64,000 bases of DNA. It comes from Penicillus capitatus (taxonomy: Eukaryota > Plantae > Chlorophyta). Of the stretch, positions 37,788 through 50,863 are shown one piece after another. Every line of letters starts with the position of its first letter. Within the stretch, counting starts at the first letter, position 1. A program made the translations under genes and the position numbers. The stretch lies in contig OZ287694.1 in assembly GCA_965649825.1 (NCBI GenBank), positions 2,214,640-2,278,639 of the forward strand. The letters are read 5' to 3'. The notes below the pieces were generated by a model, which was not told where the DNA came from, made no database searches, and was given only the letters and a program-made list of their open reading frames with translations.

Positions 37788-38703
37788 ATGCGTTCAGGTC
37801 TAGCGCGGCTCTGTCGTGAGACGCAGTGGCGTTTTGCCCGTCGAGCTGTAGTTTACACGCCTCTTGACAACGGCAGCTTCATGTTAGCTTCGCGCTCGAT
37901 ATGCGCCGCCACCAGATGGGTCATGCGATCGAAGAGCTGTAGGGAAGAGCCTTCTGCTGAACAAGACCCGAAGGGTCTCCCGCTAGAAACGCCAGAATCC
38001 AGTGGATCCATCTCCGAAGGGCTCTCCGTCGTTGCGTCGAGCTTGGCAGAAAACAGTCTACGCAATCCGTTAGTCTGGATCGATCTCGAAATGACAGGTC
38101 ACGCACTCTTGGCCTCACATCTCACTCTTTCTGCAAAGTCGTCATGCATCTAGGACTGAACATCGACAAAGACGTCATCATTGAAATCGCTTGCATTCTC
38201 ACAGACGGCAGCCTCGAGCAGCAAGTCAAGGTCTCTCACTCTTGTTGCCTGCCCAAAAGTGTGAGATCTTTATTCAGGGGCCCGAAATTGCGATCAAGCA
38301 CGAGGACAGCGTCTTTGAAGAGATGCATCCGTGGTGCATCGAACAGCACAATAAGAGTGGTCTCGTCGAACGTTGCAAACAGAGCGTCTATCGCACGGCC
38401 GATGCCGAGAAGGTGACGTTGAAGTTCATCCAGCAGCACGTGCATTTGGGTTGCGGCATCATGGCCGGCAATTCGATCCACACCGACAAGATGTTTCTAC
38501 AGAAGTATATGCCATCACTGCACAATTATCTTTCCTACCGTCTCGTCGACGTCTCGTCCATCAAGGAGCTTTGCAAACGATGGTTTCCGTCCGAGTATCG
38601 CAAAACGCCGCCGAAAAAGCAATCGCATACCGCGATGCTGGACATACAGGAAAGCATTGATGAGCTAAAGTACTACCGACAAACGATTTTTAAATCGCCT
38701 TAA
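37788..38703 (+). CDS. ORN: Oligoribonuclease (DEDDh) with Arg-rich N-terminal extension
   Basis: NPLVWIDLEMTG|LNIDKDVIIEIACILTDG; WCIEQHNKSGL; MAGNSIHTDKMFL...YRLVDVSSIKEL; HTAMLDIQESIDELKYY. Confidence 0.93.
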
Positions 38704-38758
38704 ATCGTGCGTGCGTTCGTTCGTTCGTTTGAAGTGTTGGTTCGTTCGGGCCGTTACG

Positions 38759-40334
38759 ATGTTTACCGATTTCGACAGAAGGAAGGACGCGACGACATTA
38801 CTCGACACGCGCTGTGCAATGGAGACGTCGAAGGAGTCCTTCTTTGCGGAACTGCGCGATATTTTGGACCGTTCCGGTGGCGTGGCCAAGTACGACGAAC
38901 AGTACCACACGTACAGCGCCTTCACGACGACACGTGTGTCACAGAGTCAAATACTTACCGCGTTTTCAGCAACTCCTCTACAAAGAGCGCCGCCTCAAAC
39001 ATCGTTTCACCTTGCTCACTGTCGTCCAACTCACGGACGCCCTCCTCGTTCAGCAGCTTCTCGCGGCTGGGCTTATGAAAGTGCGAGAATTGAAAAGTGT
39101 GACCGATCGGAGTGAGATCGGTGTGTGATGTGACAGGTTCTATGTCGATGGACGGAAGAGGCGGCGCGGGTTCGGACCCCCGCAAGCGAGCAGTTTCTCA
39201 TTGCTTTGGTGCATCTGCTGGAAGGAATGGATGTCGTGACCCTTATCAAGAAAGAGAGGAATGTGTTTGACGAATGGAAAAATGCGATGATCTCACTCCA
39301 ATCTCACACAAATCATGAAGTTCAGAAGATCAGTCAAGATGTGTTTGGCAAATGGCAACGGGCGAAAGCATCGGAAACGTCGAACGCCTCTGAACCGCCG
39401 CCACCTGTCACATCAAATCCAGATCCTTGTGTGGAAGAGGAGACACCACGAATGACGGCCGAAAGTGTGAGAGATCATGAAGATGATGTGACAGAGAGTG
39501 AGAAAGAGAAAGGGACGATGCGTGTGGAAGGGCTACATTCGCCGTTGCCAAGAGCTTTCCGGTCCAAGACGCCGATGGTCTGCAGTCCCTCGCGTTCATC
39601 GCCGCCACCTTCGGCACCTAAAAAACGACGTCGTTTTGCAAAGCGCGTCCAATGGGCACCGGCCGAAACGCTCACGTCCGTGCGGATCTTCCGTCACAGT
39701 GATGCGCCGATCATCATCTCGCATCCGGAGTGGCAACCGTGTGACGACCCGACGCCTTCTCCGGCGGCTATGCAGACGACGACCGAGTGGCGTGCGCCGC
39801 TGTCGATGGAATGGGAAGCGACATGGAAGGTGCGAAACGGCGAAGAGAGCGGGGAGAAGAGATGGCAACAGCAAAGGGAAGAGAACATCGTGGCCGTCGA
39901 TCCGTCAACACTCGTAGGGGATACGGAGCCGGAGGCGCCTTACCCGGCCGATACCTATCCTCATCCACATCACACACCTCAGATCCTTCACCTCGACGCG
40001 TCGAAACCGACGCCAACCGTTCTAGTACTTAAGCGCTGAATAAAAGTGAGAAAGTGTGAGATGTGACGTCTAGGAGGCAAAAGGAGAGAACGCCGGTGAG
40101 GATGGGATGATGTGCACTGCTCCCAAGGGTACTGCGTTTGTACAGCACAACGTGACGCCTCTTTCAAACGCGTTTGCTTCGACGACGGCGACGATGGCGC
40201 GTTCCGTTTATCATCCAACCGTCCTCGCGATGCCGCACCCTCAACAGCCTCAACATCAAGCTCTTTATTTTGCACCTGAGGGGCACGTGCGTCCGATCGT
40301 CGGCTATGCCACAGCGCCCTCGGCGTCGCCATGA
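38759..40334 (+). CDS. LUMINIDEPENDENS/PNUTS-like protein (TFIIS-N-like helical domain plus PP1 RVxW motif)
   Basis: Helical N-terminus ending ...HTNHEVQKISQDVFGKW; KRVQWAPAETLTSVRIF; EWRAP...WKVRNGEESGEKRWQQQRE. Confidence 0.7.
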
Positions 40335-40549
40335 CATTGATGCGACGCTCAGGACACACCACGATCGAAACTGTGGCAACGACCGGATGTGACGTTGACG
40401 TGACGTTTGTGGACGGCAGACATAATGTAACAAACAAACAAACAAACACATGGATCGCGGTTTCTTGGCCATCCATCCATCCATCTACGACAGTCGCATA
40501 CGGTCGAATCGAATCGTAGACAGTAGCGATTTTCGATCAGACGAACGTC

Positions 40550-41123
40550 ATGGCCGATTCGCGTGCCCTACGGCGATGGCTCGTTTTCGTCGCGTCCCTT
40601 CGTCTCCTTTCAGGTCTCACTCTTTTCATTGCCCTCATTCCACGACCGTTTGATGTGACAGTCTATCTGGGCATCTTTCATCCGGAGAAGATCGCCGAGA
40701 ACGTCTTCGACCTTCAACCGACAAAAGGTGCCGCGAGGGCAAAAGAGTGAGAAATGCAAAAGTGTGATCTAGTGACGGATTTATACGGACGGACTTTTGC
40801 CACGTGGACCTTTCTCACATGCTGTCTCTGCGTCATCTGTTCACGCAATCCACAAAACAGACCCATCTACGGTCTGCCTCCTGTCACCTCGCAGACCACC
40901 CCATTGTGCTTAACAGTCGCAACGTTGCTATCTTTTGTCGCCGCTTTCGTGCATTTCATCACGGAGATGCTCATCTTCGAGACGCTCAGTTTGAGGCGAG
41001 CTTATATACCGCTCGCCATTTCGGGTCACATCAACGTCCAATCTCACTCATATGCTCACTCTTTTTCTTGTAGCGATCTCGGCGATGTGGATGACCGGCG
41101 GCATTAACTACTACACATCGTAA
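40550..41123 (+). CDS. ERG28: Ergosterol biosynthesis scaffold ERG28
   Basis: LRRWLVFVASLRLLS|VYLG...|VTDLYGRTFATWTFLTCCLC...NPQNRPIY|VATLLSF...HFITE; four introns. Confidence 0.9.
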
Positions 41124-41819
41124 CGCACTGACCCACTCTGCCACGTGTCCTCTCGGGTCAACCGTCGCACTGTAGGGAAAAGAATGAAACGAAAAGACAC
41201 GAAGAGTGACCGACCGACCGACCAACGGCAATACATTCTTTATGATGACAGACAGATTCGCTTGTCTCCTTTTGCGCTACAGTCCGAGATGAACATCCGT
41301 GTCCATCGCCGCCACATGGCGCCGCCCCTCTTTCACCGTCTTTTCCGGCGTCTTGATAGCTGGATCACAGTAATCGCGTCATGTAAAGCGATGGCTATCC
41401 AGACAGAGCACCGAAAGCGTGATACTCTTGCGTGAGGCCTCGGTAGGTGATGTGACGTCACCTCGCTCTGCCACGTCTTGTGGTGACACCATGTCTGCGT
41501 GAAGTCATGCTCACGTGTTGGCGCCGCCACGACTAGTCGTCCACCGTCATGACCTGCGAACGTCGTCGTGGATGATGATGATCCAACGAAGCGATCGATC
41601 ACACGCAAAAGCCTTCGCCGATCGACAGATTGATTTCGACGAGATCGCTGATTATGATCTTGCCCCAATCGACACGACGCACCCGTGCCGTTGGCGTAGA
41701 AGCCGGTGTGGATGTCGTCGCGAAGAGCACGACAGTGAACAAACGTCGGACGCGTGACGGACAGAAGACAACAGACAAACGCGTACGGACGTCTTGTCAA
41801 TCGTCACGTACGACACAAG

Positions 41820-42358
41820 ATGAAGCTTCTGACGCACAATATGTTACAGAGCCACGTTCCGGGGGTCACTCCTGGACAGCACTTCCTCATAGAACCGCAC
41901 CGACTGTCCACCGTCGAGGCCGAGTTCAACGCAGGTGCGACGCGCAACAGGAGTGGCGTTTTCGATGGACGTCCGTGAGGCAGATCGCGTGACACGTCTG
42001 ATGGCGAAGCTCGACTGGGATGCCTTCCGAACAGCAGCTGCAAAAGTGAGCGCAGTGATGGAGTGCATAGGTCCACGCGTCTGAGTGTCGCCTTAGCTCG
42101 GATTGGCAGACTACCCAGAGGCGGTGACCGAAGAGATGCACGCATCGGAGGAGTTTCTGCGGAAAGTGCATCACGGCTTGCTCGAAGTGTGACGGACATC
42201 GCAGAAAGAGTGACCGTCGGGGGGACTGCCTTATGTAGGTGACGGTTGAGGACGGGCTGCTCATCTGTCCCGAGTCCGGTCAGCAGTTTATCGTGTCGAA
42301 CGGCATTCCGAATCTGCTGCTCGCGTCAGGGGGCAATGGAGACGGAGGTTCCCTCTAA
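41820..42358 (+). CDS. TRM112: Multifunctional methyltransferase activator TRM112
   Basis: MKLLTHNMLQSHV...FLRKVHHGLLE|VTVEDGLLICPESGQQFIVSNGIPNLLL. Confidence 0.93.
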
Positions 42359-42633
42359 TCTGCCATGAAATTAATATCAGATGCATTTCACAAAGAATGT
42401 AACAGAGTGCAGTCAGCATCCGTTTAGCGATCTGACCTTCCTAGCTCACTGGGCCTAGAAGGGAGCGCCTAAGCTCACATCAACGACAAGATAACAACAG
42501 TCTGTCAGACTCAGTGAAGTGCATGACAGCTCGCCTAATAAAGTGATTGCAGATTTCAAAGCCGTCTTTGAGAACACGAGACATGATGCAAAACGATCGC
42601 TCCGGTTGGAGTCCATCTAAGCAAAAACAACCG

Positions 42634-45133
42634 TTAAGGACCCAGCCCGTCATACGGCGACCACCACATCGACTCGGGATCACTTCTGTGCCCACTTGAT
42701 TCGTAGACTTCCTCTCGCGACAGGGGCCTCTCGCTCAATGGACTGTAAAAAGAGTGATAAGCAAAAGAGTGAGAAAGGTATGATGCGCACTTCTTCGCCA
42801 AGAAAGCAGTTGAGATCGTCGACGGCTGAGACATCCGTCAGTTTGCGCCGATGGGCTGTTCCCCTGGAAGGATGTTCAGCACGGACATCAACTTCTCTGG
42901 GATACTGTTTCCTTTTCTTTTCATTTTCAACGACTCGATGGGCAACCACACACTCAGACACGTCTCTCACACTAAAACGTCACATCTCACTCTTTTGGTG
43001 GATCCATCGGATTTGGAAGGTACGTCGGACGCGTCTCCAGTCCGGGAATGGCTGCCGGTGGTTCTGAGGCGACGATGGCGTCACGTGGGGGTGTCCGCGT
43101 CGAATGGGTCGATGCGAAAGGGACATCGGTGGTCGTGGAGGTATCATCGGACTGAGGACTCTTCACCACTGTGGCCTCTCGGTTTGGATTCTTTCCAGAA
43201 ACAAACAACGCATCTGGCACAAACGCCGGCTTGCACTCGATCACTTGCATTTGCATTCCTGGCTTATGATGGGTATAGTTATGATACACTTGATACCTAG
43301 ACACAAACGACGGTTGCCATCGCGCCGCCACCGCGCCGCCACTACCGGAATTCTTTGATGGGGTGACCCATGTCGACAAGAGGTGCGCCATTTCGTTGAC
43401 GATTCGAAACGAAATGCGGCCGCTTGACGCCAATCCAGAACCACACTTGATGCGAGGCATCTTCCGTGTCATCCGGTCGGTATTCGATGTGCCACAGTCG
43501 CACTTCGGCCGAGTGGGAGAGATGATAGACCAATCGTCGGATTCTTGATTGAACCCAGCCTGTCCATTCCATTAACTCCAACTTAGTATTGGCAGAGCAG
43601 ACCACCTAGGATCACCCTTTCGTCAGCCGCCAGCCGCCAGCCGCCGGGGTGCGTGGATTATTACCTTAAGGAAATTGGGATACGTTTCAAAGAATGGAAA
43701 AGGCTGCGTCAGTAATCTCCAGCCGTCCAAGAAGTCCTCAGCCGTTCCCTGTGAGCTTGTTCTTTTGAAGATTTGACTGCAAATGCGCTCTGCTTCGCTG
43801 AACTCTTGTACAATAATATGGAGTGTGTTTTCGGTGACACTGAAACTGGAATTGAAAGCTGGATAGACGGGTGTGATGATCGGCATGACGTGATTCCTCT
43901 CCACAGGATTGGCACGTGGATCCCAGATGGGCAGACCGATGCTTTCGTAATGCAGATCTTCCAGGAGAATCGGAGTGGGCCACTGCCACTGTGAAAACAC
44001 CTGAAAACGAGCCATGGTACAGACGAGCGTGGGCGCATTGCCACCGCCGCCGCCGGCGGCTATACCTTGAAGAACTTTAAGATGAGCATGCTGGAATTGC
44101 TCAGAGGAAATAACGTTTGCACAAAGGTGAGCATCAATGCCCAGTTGATACCGCCCAAATATCCCAGTACATTGCTATAGATACCTCTCTTTTTTGCCCA
44201 TACCTATCGATCTGCTCAGAAAGAGTGAGATGCTGCGACATAGATCGTTACTTTGAGAAATCGAAGAGCCGTTCTGAAGACAGCCACATCTGGCACCAAC
44301 TGCAAGATTTTGTCGGTAACCCTTCGGCCATTGATACTGGTGACAGAGTCTTGGCTGACGTTCCTGATGATCGATATGTCATTAATATCCAAGTCTGAAG
44401 CGACATGTTCAGAAGCGAGTGGGACGTAGACCAAGTCAAAAGCAATGGTATCATATTTAATCTTTATCACAGGTACAATCGCCTCCGGTATGGCAATCAC
44501 TTCTGACACATGCTCATGCATCTAACAGTCACACATATCTTCATCCGTCACCTCACTCTTGCCACATCTGCGATGCCTCACTTTCAGTTGCTGCTCCAGA
44601 GTGTGCTCTTCCGATCCAAAAAAATCAGATTTGCGGGTGGCGTAGTTCGGGCCAACAATCAGCGCGTCGATATCCGTCCCTGATGTCAGGCGCTTGTGTC
44701 AGCGGACAACGATCGGTAGGTATGGCGAAGGGGCGTGACCTGTTCCGTGGATACCGAGGCGATAAGAGCCAAAGGTATAGACTTTGATACAAGCAGCTTG
44801 GACGACCGTTTCGCTAAATTTCTTGAGGCGACAGACACCTTGGACCCAGTGGCAGCAGAGTGTCTCCAGGTCCTGTAGGGCCTTTTCCCGAAGCTTCTCG
44901 CCTTCCTCCGTCTCATGCACATCCGTTTCTTCATTCAGAAACTGCTCAAAGGCAAACCCTTGCCTTCAGGCACCGCCGTGCTGCTGCCTTCGTACCTTCT
45001 CTAAGGCCTGTGTCATGACGAGGTCGATGGGTTCGGGTTTTGTCTGGGGTAGGTTGTTTTTGAGGCGCTCGTAGACACCTCCACTCTGGAAAGGGTCCGA
45101 ACCAATGCTCTCACAGTAGGACCAGTAATCCAT
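42634..45133 (-). CDS. PAP: Canonical nuclear poly(A) polymerase, multi-exon; 3' end approximate
   Basis: [15 protein letters not shown]|GTDIDAL (catalytic DxD); [17 protein letters not shown]; [17 protein letters not shown]; [10 protein letters not shown]...[17 protein letters not shown]. Confidence 0.9.
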
Positions 45134-45839
45134 AAGACGCCCGACGAATCCGACAGGAAGACGACGACGATGGTGGCGGCGCTTCAAAGGAATCACCCGT
45201 AACGAATAGAAGCGATGGCAAAGTTAAGTTGTTGGTTCGAAGAGACTTTACAAAACCGCTGACTAAAGCGCACGAAGGCGACGCGAGATTTGAATGATGG
45301 CGACTCGAGAGTCGGTGATGCGACAGAGATTGGGAAACGTCTCTAGACCCGTAAACGCAGTGCGCAACACGGGCCTGTCAGAGAGAAGCGTACGCCGACG
45401 TGTGTCGAGGTCGATGACGGCGACGACGCCTGTTGGAAGACGAAACGACCACTCGGTCCTCTGGGTTTGTACGATATGACCCGATAGTGAACGAAGGTAA
45501 AGCAAATTTTTTAGCTAACGCTGTCACGTCAGATAGTAGGAGGCGGTGTCGAGCGTCGAGACTGGTGGCGAAAGAAATAACCGGTTCACTGCGGCGCGAG
45601 GTCTATCTGACGTGCGTCCTCGTCAGAATCGATGTTCTGAGAACGTGCTGCGTTGTGACGTCACATCAGATGCACCTAAAATGGCAGCCGGATGACAGCT
45701 GCTGCCGGAACGGGGTCCTCGATTTAAACGCGAATTTTGTGGCTGAGAGCCGTTGTCGAGAAGTGTCTTCTGTTTTTAAAGGTGTCCTCGTGTCCAGCGC
45801 TTTTCACTTTTGCCATAACGTCCTTGCTCAAAGACGACC

Positions 45840-47240
45840 ATGACGACTACCCAAGCAACGCAAGGACAAAATGCGGCGGCTTTGCCAAGGTGAGCTATTG
45901 TGGTTGCGTTTCTCCTGTGTGATATCGTCTGCTGTGGCAGACCGCTTATCAAACGCCCGGCGTCGGCGAAGTACCGTACGCTGTTGTCCATTGACGGCGG
46001 CGGTATTCGGGGCATCATTCCCGTTATGATCCTGATGGAGGTCGAACGGGACATTAAGGAGCATATCTTCGAGCGTCGCGACACCCTGGTTCCGGCAGAC
46101 GTGCGCGACCGCATCCATTCGGAGGACGATTTCGACATCGACCTCACGGACTACTTCGACGTCGTGGCCGGAACCTCCATTGGCTCGTTGCTCGCCTGCT
46201 ACATCGCCGCACGTGGACGCGGTTCGGAGAGAATAGTGAACGACCCAGAAATTGTGGCGAATTATGGCAGACTGCGTTCCGGAAGTATGGAAGCGTGCCG
46301 CGCCGCCTTTCGTGAGTACTCTTCGCGGGTGTTTCCGCGTCGGAACATCTTTCGCCGTATCGGTCGCGTCTTTCGTCCCGCCTACGCTTCGGAAGGGCTG
46401 GAGGAAACGTTGAGGGCGATGTTCGGCGAGACGACGATGAACGACATGGAGACGTCTTGTTTGATTACGTCCTATGATTTGCGGCGCAATGCCGCTTGCA
46501 GTTTCCTTCACGGCTGTAGGGCCGACGCTGGGAACTACACCGTCCGTACGGCCGTGAGACAAGGGCCCCGAACATCCGCCGCCGCCGGCGCTGCCACAGA
46601 GAGCCACCCGGAGGAGCATCACCAACCGACCGAGTGCCGCGATGGCTGGGATCCTGACGTCGAATTTATCAAAGGGACAAACTACCGTCTGCGGGACATT
46701 GCCCTGGCCAGCAGCTCGGCGCCGACGTATTTCAGACCGGCGCGCATTTCGCCGGTCGATATGGAAAATCCTGAAGAGTTCATCCTCGTCGATGGCGGCG
46801 TCGTGGCCAACAATCCGACCTTGCAGGCATTGAGCTACGCGCCAAGCACTTTCAGTCCGGGCGAGGGCGACATCCGTGAAGTCGCTGTGTTCTCTGTGGG
46901 ATGTGGGACCGTGGATCCCTCCGCTCCACACGATGATGAACCGGGTATTGCTTGGTGGCTGACATCTGGATACCTTATAGATGCGTTCAGCAATGGAACC
47001 GGCGAGTATATCCAGGCGGTGGTCGATCTCTGGTTCTATCACAATCTCCGACTGCCGTTTGGACAGTACGTTCGTATCCAGAGATCGGAACCGAGAAACA
47101 CCGAGGTTGGCGAAGTTCTGGGCAATATGGATAACGCCGACAATGTGCCGACGTTGGAAGAGGTCGGACGCCAAATGGCGAAAACGCATAAGGCTGAGAT
47201 TCAGAGATTCGTCAGAGATTATCTCTTTGCCATGAAATGA
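45840..47240 (+). CDS. Patatin-like phospholipase, paralog 1
   Basis: LSIDGGGIRG, DYFDVVAGTSIG (GxSxG), ALASSSAPTYF, LVDGGVVANNP; single 5' intron. Confidence 0.93.
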
Positions 47241-49378
47241 TCATTTCTTAATGTACTGTCGCATTCAAGCCGTCTCCAGTATCAGGCCATGTATACTAGT
47301 TGTCTCACCTACTCGACTTGACGCAAACATGCAACGCACTATCTCAAATCCATCTCTGTTTTGTTCTCTTAGTGTGATCCGCTATTGTGTGACGGACTAG
47401 TTCACTATCTCTATTGTAGGACCGCATTGTAACGGCTGTTTTCATTCGATGATGTGCGATGACGACCCATACAGCGAGATGGCGGTGTGCATAACGCAGT
47501 GGCGTTCCTATGTACTGGAGCCATCGGTGGATCATTCCTTAACTGGATAGAGAGGCTGACAACGGAGTTCGCTGTGAGCTTGCTAAAAGGGAGAACCCTT
47601 TGATTCAGCCTTCAGAGATACCGAGCACATCTGCATTGTCAGAATGACGCATTGTTCTTTGATCATGGCGACGTGGGACGGACTCTTGTCGTCTGCTCGC
47701 TTGTCGAGGTCGATATTCAAGACGCTCGATCCTGAACGCGCTCGGCTGCTGACGTGCCGTCGTGTGGTTCGTAGACGAACGCGTCCTGAGCTGACGCTAT
47801 GAAGCGTGATTTGACATCTCCCTTATGTAGCGAGTAACGCGTTATGCTATCCTCGATCCTGCTCACCTACACCGTCACACCTTCAGCGGCGACAGTCGTG
47901 ACAGATTCGATAACAAACAGCGAAGGAGACAATCGACTGGGGGAGAAGAGATGGATGCCACCGAAGTGTGACGACATAAACGGCCGATGTGTGACCGTGA
48001 TCTAATTTCAGACTGGTCTAATGCTTTCTATGTAGGCTTTTCACGACATACGTGCAAGATAGGTCGAGGAGAAGTGAATGGGTCCATTGTCGGATGTCTT
48101 CGTCTGCAAAACCAGGCGATGTGCGAAATCAGCTGAAAGCGCCTACCGCATTTTACTTTCCGTTCGGATACAGAACCCATTCCCTATCCCGATGATCATC
48201 TCCCCAGTTGCGGCAGAAAGAGGCGCATAGATTCGGCATCCATTGCCACGAGGTCGGCGCAAAAGAACACGCACTCTAGTAAGAGTCTATGCCATATCCC
48301 CTGCTAACTGATTCTCATTTGTCCATTGTTTCCGACAGCTTTATCTATGTTATCAAGGATGAGGGTATAAGCTTTCTGCGCAAAAGCCAAGAAACTGTTC
48401 GATGATGAATGGGGTCTGCACGAGACACCAATGAAAGACGCCGAACGCATCATGCAGTTTCCTGTCCGGTAGATTCAGCAAACAAGAGAGGCTATGATGC
48501 TGCGCAATAACACGAAGTCTCGCCATGGGAATGTCAAAGGCCATGAGTATCCTCTTCATCCGCATCATCTGCTGTGGCCATTACAATGGCATCACCTTAA
48601 ACACACTTCCAGTGCGAAATGGACGATCTGCGTCTTTGCCACGGAATACGGCAAGAGGTGTCCACGGAGACCTCCAGAGATCGCGATACCCTTTGCTAGA
48701 TGTGGGCCATTTGGAGATCAATGAGGTAGACGGAGGACATCTTGCTAAAAACAGAAAGTGCTGTGGCAGATGGCACGGTCAAATCCTATTCTCCAACCAC
48801 AGGACGGCACTTTGCGTCTCCTGGTGCAGTTCTCATGATCAGACAAGAGGACAGAATGTCTCAGTCCTTGCAGATGACAGCGACGGATGCATCTGTGATG
48901 TGACGGCACTGAATGCTCCATGCAGTCTGCAGGCACTAAGCATAAGGATTCCCAACAGCAAAGAAAGGACATGCACCTGCAGCCTCTACACATGGAGCAG
49001 AAACCGCTGGACTGTGCACAGCCGCCAAACCCTTCTCCATTTTTCCATGCAGTAATGCACAGCCGCGCTGAGAAACGAGACGGTTAAATGCAGGGACATG
49101 CCGTCTTTATGCGTGTTGAGGCGGCGCAGAACGCGACGCCGTTCGCGTTTGAGCCGGTGTCTCGGGCTTAACGCCGGGATGCGATTTGTGGGGCTCAGAA
49201 CGCTAGGCGGAATCTGCCTCGTCAGACTCGAAGATCTGGTTCGCCGCATCGCGCTGTCATGGACAGTCGCGAGCCACAAAATGCATCAGCGCATGGAACC
49301 TACCACTCGTGCTGACGATCAAGTACCCATTTCAGCTGCATTTGCGCGTACCCGTCCTTCATTGTGTTGACTGCCGCC

Positions 49379-50863
49379 ATGAAGGACCAGTCGAGCTTTA
49401 TAGAAAAGATCCGAAGCTGCCTGTTCTGGCCGCGTATATTTCGCCGAAACGCGACGACCGTCGGCAAAGGCACCAATCCCACCGCGCCTGTCCATTTCGC
49501 AAAGTGCGTGCCTCGTGCCCTCTACCTCTTGTGATTTTTTGACGTGGGTAGGCCACTCATTAAGCGCCCCCAAGGGACGAAGTTCCGCACCCTGTTGTCC
49601 ATTGACGGCGGCGGCGTGCGCGGCATCATCCCTGTCATGGTATTGCTGGAGCTGGAGGACACCATCAAGGAGCATATCCTTGAGAACCGCGACACGCTGG
49701 TGCCAGAAGACATACGCGACCGTATCGACTCGGTGGACGACTTCGACATCAATCTTGTCGACTACTTCGACCTCGTGGCGGGAACGTCCATTGGGTCGTG
49801 GATTGCCTGCTACATCGCTGCACGTGGACGCGGGACCGAGGCGTTTTTGAGAGACCCGAGGGTCGTGGCGTCTTATGGTCATATCCGTCCAGGATGTGTG
49901 GAGGCGAGTCGCGCGGTTACTCAGGTGCTCAGTCATAAGGTGTTTAAATCCAAGCGCCTCTTTCCACGAGTTACGAGTCTGTTTCGGCCGCCTTTCTCTT
50001 CGGATGGGCTCTGCGATGTGCTGCATACGATGTTTGGCGAGGCGACGATGGACGACCTGGAGACGGATTGCCTCATCACGGCCTACGATATGAGGCGCAA
50101 TGCCGCGTGCTGCTTCCTTCGAAACTTAAACGCTGAAAAAAAGAACATCCTCGTGCGTACGACTGTGCGACACGGACCTCGAAGTTCTACACCAGCAGCA
50201 GCCGCCGCCGCCGCCACTGATACCACTTCTCCCCAGTTAGAAGGACAAAATGGAACGAGTCAGGACAACGAGTGGACTCCCGATCTCGCATTCGACAGCG
50301 GCAAAAACTATCGCCTCAGAGACATTGCCCTGGCCAGCAGCTCCCTTCCGCTGGGTTTCCCTCCAGCGCGCATTTCGCCGATCAATGTGAAGTATCCAGA
50401 AGAACTCGTCCTCGTCGACGGCGGCGTCGTTGCAAGGAATCCGACCTTACAGGCACTGACCTACATTCCGAGCACGATCCAATCGCGCAACGTTCGTAAA
50501 GTCGCTATCTTTTCCGTCGGCTGCGGGCTAGTGGATATAACAGAAGACCTGAATCTGAATCCGGGAGCTATTTGGTGGATGGAGTCTGGTCGTCTCCTCG
50601 ACGCTTACGGCAATGGAGCGAGCGAGTACATTCAAGCCACGATGGATTACTGGCTATACGGAAACATCGGTCTGCCGTTCGGACAGTACGTTCGCATACA
50701 AGTATCCGCGGCAGAAAACACGGAAACCGGTCGAATCCTGTCCACTTGGAACAATCCCGACAATGCACCTGCTCTTGAACAGATTGGCCGCGATTTGGCC
50801 CAAACGAATCGCTCTGAGATTAAGAGATTCGTCAAAGATTACATCTTTGGTCCTGCATCATAA
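49379..50863 (+). CDS. Patatin-like phospholipase, paralog 2
   Basis: LSIDGGGVRG, DYFDLVAGTSIG, LVDGGVVARNP; same intron position as paralog 1 but a different exon 1. Confidence 0.93.

Noticed and set aside
41280-41800. Possible small minus-strand gene between ERG28 and TRM112
   Set aside because: Only short exon-like fragments; no convincing start or homology.
47344-49250. Possible multi-exon minus-strand gene between the patatins
   Set aside because: Protein-like fragments exist, but I could not build a continuous frame; it needs RNA-seq.
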